A stretch of DNA of 64,000 nt from Thermoflexales bacterium (GTDB taxonomy: Bacteria > Chloroflexota > Anaerolineae > J036 > Brachytrichaceae), in the NCBI GenBank assembly GCA_039810125.1, contig JBDHWI010000001.1, positions 2,695 through 66,694 of the forward strand. The letters run 5' to 3'. Below the pieces are notes generated by a model. The model did no database searches. It saw only the letters and a program-made list of their open reading frames with translations, and was not told where the DNA came from. This document shows positions 57,031 to 64,000 of this stretch, piece after piece. Within the stretch, counting starts at the first letter, position 1. Each line of letters opens with the position of its first letter. The translations under genes were made by a program, and so were the position numbers.

Positions 57031-58143
57031 ATGGAGCGCATGATCAACACGATGAACCCGCAAGAGCGTGAAGCGCGTTTGTGGCAGGCGTGTCTGGAGA
57101 AGGACAGCGCCTTTGACGGCCAATTCGTGCTGGCCGTGCGCACTACTGGCATCTACTGCCGGCCATCTTGCCCGGCGCGCAAGCCAAAGCGCGAAAATGT
57201 CACTTTCTTCGCATTGCCGCATCTTGCGCGGCAGGCCGGCTTCCGCGCATGCAAGCGCTGCCAGCCCGATGCGCAAACAGTGCTCGACCCGCAACTTGCG
57301 CTGGTGAACGAAGTGTGCCGGCATATCGAGGCGCGCTATGGCGAGTCGCTCACCTTGCAGATGCTCAGCAATCACTTTCATATCAGCCCGGCGCATTTGC
57401 AGCGCGTGTTCAAGGATGTCGCCGGCATCTCGCCGCAGGACTACACCGAGGCGTGCCGCATGCATGAACTGAAGCGGGCATTGCGCAATGGCATGTCGAT
57501 CAGCGATGCGACGTATGAGGCCGGCTTTGGCAGCAGCAGCCGCGTGTATGAAAAGGCCGCGCCGCAGTTGGGTATGACACCGCGCGATTATCAGCGGGCA
57601 GGCAGCGGCCAGCGCATCGCATTCACCATTGCGCCCTGTGCGATGGGGCGGGTGTTGGTGGCAACGACCGAGCGCGGGGTGTGCGCGGTGAAGTTGGGTG
57701 ACGACGCTGACGAACTTGAAGCGCTGTTGCGCAGTGAATTCAGCGCAGCGGAGATTGTGCGCGATGACGCTGCGCAGCGCGGTTGGATTGAAGCGATCTT
57801 GCTGTTTGTCGCCGGCCGTGAGCCGCGCCTCGATTTGCCGCTGGATGTGCGCGCCACTGCCTTTCAAAAGCAGGTCTGGGATGCGCTGCAACACATCCCG
57901 TACGGCGAAACGCGCAGCTATGCCGATGTGGCCGCGGCCATCGGCCAACCCAGGGCTGTGCGCGCGGTGGCGCAGGCGTGTGGCGCAAACCCAACTGCGC
58001 TGATCGTGCCGTGTCATCGTGTGGTTGCGAAGGACGGTTCGCTCGGTGGCTATCACTGGGGCGTGGAGCGCAAGCGCCGGCTGTTGCAGCAGGAAGCGCA
58101 GCGCGCCGGTAAGGCGACGCAACTCGATCTGGCGGATCGTTGA
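57031..58143 (+). CDS. ada: bifunctional Ada: methylphosphotriester-DNA methyltransferase/AraC-type regulator plus O6-methylguanine-DNA methyltransferase
   Basis: N-terminal Cys4 zinc site (CRPSCPARKP...CKRCQPD), an AraC HTH, and a C-terminal PCHRVV active site. Confidence 0.85.
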   Translation: MERMINTMNPQEREARLWQACLEKDSAFDGQFVLAVRTTGIYCRPSCPARKPKRENVTFFALPHLARQAGFRACKRCQPDAQTVLDPQLALVNEVCRHIEARYGESLTLQMLSNHFHISPAHLQRVFKDVAGISPQDYTEACRMHELKRALRNGMSISDATYEAGFGSSSRVYEKAAPQLGMTPRDYQRAGSGQRIAFTIAPCAMGRVLVATTERGVCAVKLGDDADELEALLRSEFSAAEIVRDDAAQRGWIEAILLFVAGREPRLDLPLDVRATAFQKQVWDALQHIPYGETRSYADVAAAIGQPRAVRAVAQACGANPTALIVPCHRVVAKDGSLGGYHWGVERKRRLLQQEAQRAGKATQLDLADR

Positions 58144-58148
58144 ACATC

Positions 58149-58778
58149 ATGCGCCAGACGTCGACGCCATTGACCGAACGCTCGCTGCTTGTTGCGGCAC
58201 AGGCGCTTGCAGGGCGCGTGCCCCATTTTGGGCGTGTGCTGCGTAAACACGGCGTGCCGCCGCTGTGGGCGCGTGAGCCGGGCTTTGCCACGCTGATCCA
58301 CATCATTTTGGAGCAGCAGGTGTCGCTGGCGTCGGCGAATGCGGCATTTAACAAACTGCGCGGTGCGCTGGGCGAGGTGACGCCGGCGGCATTCCTCACG
58401 CTCGATGACGCGCAGTTAAAGGCGCTCGGCTTCAGCCGACAGAAGACGCGCTATGGCCGTGAACTGGCGAATGCGGTGCTGGCCGGCACGCTTGATCTCG
58501 ATGCACTGCCTGCGCTGTCTGATGACGATGTTCGATTACAGATGACGGCGGTGAAGGGCATCGGCCAGTGGACGACTGACATTTATTTGTTGATGGCATT
58601 GCGCCGGCGGGATGTTTTTCCCAAGGGGGATCTTGCGTTGTTGATCGCAGCGCAGCGGTTGTTTGAATTGCCCTTCCGCCCTGCGCCACTCGCACTTGAG
58701 GCGATGGCTGAAATGTGGCGACCGCATCGTGCCACCGCAGCGCGCATCCTGTGGCATTTTTACCTCAGCGAGCGGTAG
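58149..58778 (+). CDS. alkA: DNA-3-methyladenine glycosylase II-like HhH-GPD protein
   Basis: ATG at 58149 (the ORF track TTG at 58140 overlaps the ada stop). HhH-GPD segment VKGIGQWTTDIYLLM...GD. Confidence 0.8.
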   Translation: MRQTSTPLTERSLLVAAQALAGRVPHFGRVLRKHGVPPLWAREPGFATLIHIILEQQVSLASANAAFNKLRGALGEVTPAAFLTLDDAQLKALGFSRQKTRYGRELANAVLAGTLDLDALPALSDDDVRLQMTAVKGIGQWTTDIYLLMALRRRDVFPKGDLALLIAAQRLFELPFRPAPLALEAMAEMWRPHRATAARILWHFYLSER

Positions 58779-58824
58779 CGGATTGCGAATTGTGAGCCAT
58801 GTCGCCCTCTGCTGGCATCTACGA

Positions 58825-59136
58825 TCAGCGATCCTCAATCGAATAGAGCCACCAGCGCTGATGCGCATTGCGGCTGCGTGCCCGACGCTCACAATACAGT
58901 CTCATGTGTTGGCCGGTGGTGGTGATCACCTCAAACCAGTGCTTGCGCAGATACTTTTCGTTGCCGGCCCTGTGACCTTCGGGCTGGAATTCGCGGTGCT
59001 TCCCCACAACCTCGGCGATCTTGCACTCCTCCCCGCGCCAGCGAAATCGCATGGGTAATGCCGGCTCGCCGGCGGCCATCGCCGTGTTCGCCAGTTCAAT
59101 CGGCTCGATGGGTTCGCTGATCAATTGCATCGCCAT
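58825..59136 (-). CDS. small conserved-looking hypothetical protein (about 103 aa)
   Basis: ATG at 59136 lies 5 nt after GGAGAG. Motifs FRWRGEE, YLRKHWFEV and RWWLYSI. Co-directional, 58 nt downstream of gcvT. Confidence 0.5.
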   Translation of the reverse strand: MAMQLISEPIEPIELANTAMAAGEPALPMRFRWRGEECKIAEVVGKHREFQPEGHRAGNEKYLRKHWFEVITTTGQHMRLYCERRARSRNAHQRWWLYSIEDR

Positions 59137-59197
59137 CACATCTCTCCAACGTTGTGATTGGACCAGGTCTTCCCCATGCAGCGCAGTCGCGCTTGCC

Positions 59198-60421
59198 TTA
59201 TTGCTTCTTTGGCAGAAAACGCGATAGCACTGTTGCAGAATCTGGCATGAGCGCGCGGCCGCCGATGGGCGCGAACGGCTTGAGCGGTTCCGGCATCCGC
59301 TCCGGCAGCGCCAAGATGTTCAAGGTGTTGCCCTCCTGCGCTGCGTTGCCCTCCACTACAGCGAGACCCAACAGGTATCCCTCGCTGTCCTGCGCGCATG
59401 AGGTCACCGTGCCGATCACGCGACCGCGCTTATCCAGCACGGGATCGCCGAGCTTCGACACACGCACGCCTTTCTCATTCATGCGAAAGCGCGCGCCTTT
59501 GAGGGTGTTCTTCGCGGCCTTCTCGGCATAGGCGGCTTTGCCGATGAAGTCGGCCGGCTTGTTCAATTTCACGAAGTTGTCGAAGCCGACGTGATATGGA
59601 GCGAGGTTGAGCGGTCCGCCAAGCTCGTGACCGTAAAGCGGCAGGCCGGCCTCTGTGCGCAGCGAATCACGCGCGGCCAGTCCGCACGGCTTCAAACCCA
59701 GATCCTTGCCGGCTTCGAGAATCTTGTTCCACAGGGCGACAGATGCATTGGGGTGCACGAGGATCTCGTAGGCGACGCGCTCGCCGGTGTAGCCGGTGCG
59801 TGAGATGAATACATCGTGGCCGGCGAGGCTGGCGCGCGTGATGCCGGCGTAGGGCAGGCTCTGGATTTTGGCTTGCGGGTCGTCGTTTGGGTCGCCGTCA
59901 AGCAGTTTTAGCAGGATTTCAAGTGACTTTGGGCCTTGCAACGCCAGGTCGACGCGCATGTCAGCGCCGGCGCTGGGGTCTCTCAAGTCTCTCAAATCGC
60001 ATGCCGCGTCGCCTGTGTTCTGTGCGCGCAACCAGGCTTGATCCTTGTCATCGTTTGACGCGTTGACGACGACGATGTAGCGCTGCTCCTCGACGCGGTA
60101 GATCATGATGTCGTCGATCACGTCGCCGGCGTCATCCAGCATGTACGCGTAGTGTGAGCGCCCCACTGCCAGTTTGCTCACGTCATTCGTGCCGATATGA
60201 TCGAGGAAAGCGCAGGCAGCCTGTTCCGAGCGTGCTGGAGGGCGCGCGTCCAGCACGCCCATGTGCGATACATCGAACAAGCCGGCGGCCTGCCGCACAG
60301 CCAGATGTTCCTCGCGGGCGGAGGTGTACCACACCGGCATCTCCCATCCGCCGAAGGGCACCATGCGCGCGCCAAGTTGTTTGTGCGTCTCGAAGAGGGC
60401 AGTGCGTTTGAGTTCGGTCAT
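59198..60421 (-). CDS. gcvT: glycine-cleavage T protein / aminomethyltransferase family (GcvT)
   Basis: [29 protein letters not shown] and GLFDVSHMG. The start overlaps the upstream stop (ATGA at 60418-60421). Confidence 0.85.
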   Translation of the reverse strand: MTELKRTALFETHKQLGARMVPFGGWEMPVWYTSAREEHLAVRQAAGLFDVSHMGVLDARPPARSEQAACAFLDHIGTNDVSKLAVGRSHYAYMLDDAGDVIDDIMIYRVEEQRYIVVVNASNDDKDQAWLRAQNTGDAACDLRDLRDPSAGADMRVDLALQGPKSLEILLKLLDGDPNDDPQAKIQSLPYAGITRASLAGHDVFISRTGYTGERVAYEILVHPNASVALWNKILEAGKDLGLKPCGLAARDSLRTEAGLPLYGHELGGPLNLAPYHVGFDNFVKLNKPADFIGKAAYAEKAAKNTLKGARFRMNEKGVRVSKLGDPVLDKRGRVIGTVTSCAQDSEGYLLGLAVVEGNAAQEGNTLNILALPERMPEPLKPFAPIGGRALMPDSATVLSRFLPKKQ

Positions 60422-61731
60422 ATTGGTCGCAAGTGTATCGTGCTTCGCACCACCGGCGCCAACTCCTCCCACTCGATGCTCGTCTGCCGGCCATTCTCAA
60501 ATTCGCGCTCCGTCCAGGCTTGGATGGCCAGCAGATCCGGGTCAGTTTTGGCCATCTCGATGCCCAGGTGCTGTCTGATGAGAAAAACCAGACCTGCGGT
60601 GCCGGAGTCTTTGGTCAACGAGACCTCCAGTGGCCGGCCCAGCAGCTTTGGCACATCGAACGGCGCATACATCCACCAGAACTTGTTGAGGCCGTCGGCA
60701 TGAACGCCGGCGCGCGTGCGGTGCGCATCGCGGCCATATAGCGGGTACTTCGCCGGCACTGGCTCGCCCATCTGCGCATACAACTCGGCCAAATCATTGA
60801 GCGCCGTGAAATCAGGCCGGCGCTGCGCAAAGAAGCCCATGCCAATCAAGTGCAGCAGCACAGCTTCCAGTGGCGCATTGCCGGTGCGCTCGCCTTTGCC
60901 CAGACACGTGCCGTTGATTGCGCCGCAGCCCTCGCGAACCGCTGCGAGGCAGTTTGCCACGACCAGCCATGTGTCGTTGTGCGGGTGGAATTCCAGATCG
61001 GCGGGTTGCAGACCGGCGGCGCGCAAGGCGCGGAAGATGTGCGGGATGCTGCGCGGCAGGGCCACATCGTCATAGGGCAGGCCCAGCCCCATCGTGTCGC
61101 ACACGCGGAACTTGGGCGCAAGATGCGGCGGATAGGCGCGCGCCATTGTCTGCACTGCGTCGACGAATGCCAGCATGAAGTCCATCGGCGCGCGGGTTGC
61201 ATCTTCCAAATGCAAGCGAGGCCGGATGCCGGCGTCCAACGCCATGTGCACGGCGCTGAGATAGGTGGCTGCTGCCTGCGCGCGCCCCGCCGGCTTGAAT
61301 TTGTGGAAGGTGTGATAGTCTGAAATCGACGCCAGCATGCCGGTTTCACGCACACCAAGCGCGCTCACCAGTGCGACATCTTTTGGTGTGGCGCGAATCC
61401 AGGTCGTTGGCTCGATTGGCGCGCCGGCCTGGCGCCGCTCCAGACACGCTTGCAGAGCGGTGAGATCGGCATGCCGGTAGACGAAGAACTCTGCCTGGCG
61501 AATTGCGCGCGAATCGCTGGTGAAGCGGCATAGCAGATCGTAGATTCTCACGCTCTGTTCTGCTGTCAGTGGCAGGCCGCCCTGTTGTCCATCGCGGTGC
61601 GTAGTCTCAGTCGTCCACACGTCTGCTGGCATGCGAGCAGGGTGATCCATCCACGCATAGCGCGGGAAGTCCTCGCGCGGGAAGCTCTGCAGGAAATATT
61701 CAGGTGATTCGGGGTCGGCAATTGTGCTCAT
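60418..61731 (-). CDS. HMGL-like DRE-TIM metallolyase (homocitrate/isopropylmalate/Re-citrate synthase-like)
   Basis: TTHRDGQQ (the RDGxQ substrate/metal motif) and EFHPHND (HxH metal site). 437 aa. Confidence 0.75.
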   Translation of the reverse strand: MSTIADPESPEYFLQSFPREDFPRYAWMDHPARMPADVWTTETTHRDGQQGGLPLTAEQSVRIYDLLCRFTSDSRAIRQAEFFVYRHADLTALQACLERRQAGAPIEPTTWIRATPKDVALVSALGVRETGMLASISDYHTFHKFKPAGRAQAAATYLSAVHMALDAGIRPRLHLEDATRAPMDFMLAFVDAVQTMARAYPPHLAPKFRVCDTMGLGLPYDDVALPRSIPHIFRALRAAGLQPADLEFHPHNDTWLVVANCLAAVREGCGAINGTCLGKGERTGNAPLEAVLLHLIGMGFFAQRRPDFTALNDLAELYAQMGEPVPAKYPLYGRDAHRTRAGVHADGLNKFWWMYAPFDVPKLLGRPLEVSLTKDSGTAGLVFLIRQHLGIEMAKTDPDLLAIQAWTEREFENGRQTSIEWEELAPVVRSTIHLRPI

Positions 61732-61737
61732 CCGGCG

Positions 61738-61767
61738 AGTCTAGGCTGCATGAGATTACATTGTCAA
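61738..61767 (-). promoter_or_regulatory. candidate promoter of the HMGL-gcvT operon (predicts a leaderless mRNA)
   Basis: On the minus strand: TTGACA (61767-61762), N18, TAGACT (61743-61738), then 6 nt to the ATG at 61731. No SD sequence. Confidence 0.5.
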
Positions 61768-61791
61768 TATTGATTTGAAAATCAATATACT
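61761..61791 (+). promoter_or_regulatory. candidate MerR-style promoter (19-bp spacer) of the HTH-citrate-synthase-like gene (predicts a leaderless mRNA)
   Basis: TTGTCA (61761-61766), N19, TATACT (61786-61791), then 6 nt to the ATG at 61798. No SD sequence. Confidence 0.5.
61767..61788. promoter_or_regulatory. perfect 10-bp inverted repeat (operator candidate)
   Basis: ATATTGATTT-GA-AAATCAATAT. It fills the promoter spacer in an AT-rich island within GC-rich DNA. Confidence 0.6.
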
Positions 61792-61797
61792 TGAGCT

Positions 61798-63036
61798 ATG
61801 CACAGCCAGAGAACCCTTTCCGCAAAACAGGCCGCGCAGTTGCTTGATGTGCGTGTGCCGACGCTCTATGCCTATGTCAGCCGCGGGCTGATTCGGTCGG
61901 AGGCCGGCAGCGATGACTCGCGTGGCCGGCGCTATCTCACTGAGGACATTGAACAGTTGCGGGCGCGCAAAAAGGCGCGACACAACCCCGCACAGGCGGT
62001 GCAGGAAGCGCTGCACTGGGGCGCGCCAGTGCTGGATTCAAAGCTCACGCTGATTTCGAATGGGCGCTTGTTGTATCGTGGACATGACGCCATCGTGATG
62101 GCAGGCAGGGCGTCCATTGAGCAGGTCGCTGGCCTGCTGTGGCTGGGTGATATGGCTGCTGGTGATGAGTTGTTTGCTGAGCGCGTTTCGCTTCCATCAG
62201 AATGGCGACGCCTGTCAAAGTCGCTGGCCGGCTTAAATGTGGTGCAAAGGATGCAGGCTTTGTTGCCCATCGCCGGCGCTGCGCATGCGGCAGCATACGA
62301 TCTGCGCGCGGAGCGTGTCGCACAAGCTGGCGCGCGTATTGCAAGGCTGCTTGTTGCGGTTGTCACAGGACGTGATTCAGTGAATGAGCCGGTTGGCACG
62401 GCTTTGCAACGCGCCTGGATGCCGGCGCGTCCATCAGTGGCGGCGCTGCTGAATGCCGCGCTGGTGCTGTGCGCCGATCACGAGTTGAACGTATCGGCGT
62501 TCACCGTGCGCTGCGTTGCCTCATCTGGCGCAACACCGTATCAGGTAGTCATTGCCGGACTGGCGGCATTGCAGGGCATGCGGCACGGCGGAAACACAGA
62601 ACATGTGGAATCCTTGTGGCATGCGCTGGATGCGCGCGTCGCCGGCAGCACAAGAGACATCACGACTTTGTTGACAGGGTATTTGAAACGTGGTGAGTCG
62701 ATCCCAGGTTTTGGGCATGTGCTCTACTCGCAAGGCGATCCGCGTGCAGCAGAATTGATGCGTCTTGCCAGCGCTGCCTTTCCCAGGGCGCTGGCGATTC
62801 GGCAATACAATGCGCTCACCAGAGAAGCGGCGCGCCTCATTGGTCAATCGCCAAATATTGATCTCGCCCTCGTTACATTGGCTCGCTTGCTAGATCTGCC
62901 TGATGGCGGCGCGCTGACGTTGTTCGCACTTGGCCGAATCATTGGTTGGATCGGTCATGCCATTGAGCAATATCAATCTGGGCAACTGATTCGGCCGCGC
63001 GCGCGATATGTGGGTGCGTTGGCGGCGGAAGATTAG
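61798..63036 (+). CDS. citrate-synthase-family protein with an N-terminal MerR/excisionase-type HTH domain
   Basis: HTH segment LSAKQAAQLLDVRVPTLYAYVSRGLI. Citrate synthase active-site contexts are retained: CADHELNVS, MRHGGN and GFGHVLYSQGDPR. Confidence 0.8.
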   Translation: MHSQRTLSAKQAAQLLDVRVPTLYAYVSRGLIRSEAGSDDSRGRRYLTEDIEQLRARKKARHNPAQAVQEALHWGAPVLDSKLTLISNGRLLYRGHDAIVMAGRASIEQVAGLLWLGDMAAGDELFAERVSLPSEWRRLSKSLAGLNVVQRMQALLPIAGAAHAAAYDLRAERVAQAGARIARLLVAVVTGRDSVNEPVGTALQRAWMPARPSVAALLNAALVLCADHELNVSAFTVRCVASSGATPYQVVIAGLAALQGMRHGGNTEHVESLWHALDARVAGSTRDITTLLTGYLKRGESIPGFGHVLYSQGDPRAAELMRLASAAFPRALAIRQYNALTREAARLIGQSPNIDLALVTLARLLDLPDGGALTLFALGRIIGWIGHAIEQYQSGQLIRPRARYVGALAAED

Positions 63037-63091
63037 CATTCGGGGCTGTCGCCGGCGAGTTCGCCTGTGACAAACCCCGAACGCCAAACTG

Positions 63092-64000
63092 TTACTTCAC
63101 GACAACCGGCCCGGGGATGGCGCCGGCAACGTCCGCATCGCTAAAGACAACGTAGCCATCGCTCAGGGCGCGCAGCCATTGCGTCACGTGCGCTGCCTTG
63201 TCCGCCGGCACATTCAGCGTATAGCCATTTGCCGTCCGTGTCACGCTTGCCGATGAGACAAACGCGCGGTTGCGACCCAGCACCAATGTCTCCATCCTTG
63301 CGCCTTCCACCAGCCCCGACACGTCATCGGCCAGCACCGCTTTCAAGAATTCCGGCGCGTGCTCACCGCTCACTTCGATCTTGGCTTTACCATCAACCGC
63401 ATGCCAGGTGAACGGATAACCATCGTGCGGCAGGTTGAAATCGCGGCCGGCCCTGGCTGCCAGCGCGTCAACGCGCTTCACGCCCTGCATCAATGCGTCA
63501 AAATCCACGCGTGCGGTGTAGGTCACGCTCTTCTTGTTCTGGAGGGTGTAAGGCTTGGCCGTCTTCAGCACCAGCGCGATTGTGTCGGCGATCTCGCGCA
63601 TGTCGGCTTCCTTCAGGCCGCGCTGTGTGACCCACGCTGTACCGAGGCGCAGCGCGCTTGGTTTACCGGCGTCTTTGTCGCCCGGGATGGTGTTGCGGTT
63701 GCACACGATGCCGGCCAGATCGAGGATGCGCGAGGCGACGTTGCCCATCAGCGGCACGCCATTATCCTGGGCAATGGATTTGCAATCGAGCAGCACCATG
63801 TGCGTGTTCGTGCCGCCATGCACCACGCGCAGGCCGTTGGCCTTGAAGCCCTCGCCCAGCGCGATGGCATTCCTCGCGATCTGCTGTTGCAATTCCTTGA
63901 ACTGCGGCGTTTGCGCGATCTTGAACATCGTCGCCATGCCGGCAATCTTGTTGAAATGCGGCCCGCCCTGCATGCCGGGGAACACTGCGCGGTCGATTTT
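63092..64000 (-). CDS. glyA: serine hydroxymethyltransferase, 5'-truncated by the window edge, with a ~110-aa GcvT-like C-terminal extension
   Basis: FPGMQGGPH and VVHGGTNTHMVLLD SHMT motifs. The ORF continues about 110 aa beyond the usual SHMT end. Confidence 0.85.
   Translation of the reverse strand, partial: KIDRAVFPGMQGGPHFNKIAGMATMFKIAQTPQFKELQQQIARNAIALGEGFKANGLRVVHGGTNTHMVLLDCKSIAQDNGVPLMGNVASRILDLAGIVCNRNTIPGDKDAGKPSALRLGTAWVTQRGLKEADMREIADTIALVLKTAKPYTLQNKKSVTYTARVDFDALMQGVKRVDALAARAGRDFNLPHDGYPFTWHAVDGKAKIEVSGEHAPEFLKAVLADDVSGLVEGARMETLVLGRNRAFVSSASVTRTANGYTLNVPADKAAHVTQWLRALSDGYVVFSDADVAGAIPGPVVVK

Noticed and set aside
56818-58122. 434-aa minus-strand ORF opposite ada
   Set aside because: The plus strand encodes Ada with its Cys4 zinc site, AraC HTH and PCHRV motif. 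The antisense translation has no motifs and is Arg/His/Ala-rich.
59140-61797. Glycine riboswitch upstream of gcvT
   Set aside because: The gcvT start overlaps the stop of the upstream HMGL-like gene by 4 nt. The only upstream non-coding region (61732-61797) is 66 bp and is occupied by promoter elements, which is too short for a glycine riboswitch.

Overview
High-GC (about 60-67% in hand-counted lines), gene-dense bacterial chromosomal segment. I support 58 protein-coding genes, 1 tRNA (tRNA-His), and several promoters, operators and terminators. I saw no rRNA, CRISPR array, transposase or integrase. GroEL/GroES, SecDF, ThyX and the envelope gene content look Chloroflexota-like, but that is an impression I cannot verify without a database search.

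Housekeeping genes: thyX, secD-secF, groES-groEL with CIRCE-like operators, a phosphofructokinase, htrA, ada-alkA, gcvT, glyA (partial at the window edge) and tRNA-His.

Blocks that deserve a second look:
1. 19.3-25.7 kb: a co-directional amidoligase cluster. It holds a YbdK/GCS2 ligase, a circularly permuted ATP-grasp, a classical ATP-grasp, an esterase, a signal-less subtilase and a methyltransferase. A further orphan ATP-grasp lies at 16.9 kb.
2. 44.8-49.4 kb: a membrane-stress island. A DUF4349 lipoprotein is divergent from PspA/IM30, a 2TM coiled-coil protein, a protease-less NfeD and an SPFH/stomatin protein. The coiled-coil partner has a clear paralog at 11.4-12.2 kb.
3. 58.8-64.0 kb: a one-carbon/Claisen-condensation locus. 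An HTH-fused citrate-synthase-like protein is divergent from an HMGL-like synthase, GcvT and a small protein. The 66-bp control region has back-to-back promoters that predict leaderless mRNAs and a perfect 10-bp palindrome inside a 19-bp spacer. A glyA carrying a GcvT-like C-terminal extension lies next to it.
4. 50.7-53.7 kb: an operon of three L,D-transpeptidases plus a PIG-L deacetylase.
5. An SbtA/SbtB bicarbonate-transporter pair, an ECF sigma factor with a fused ZAS-like tail, and a low-GC glycosidase gene beside tRNA-His.

All functional calls rest on motifs read by eye. Family names need HMM confirmation.
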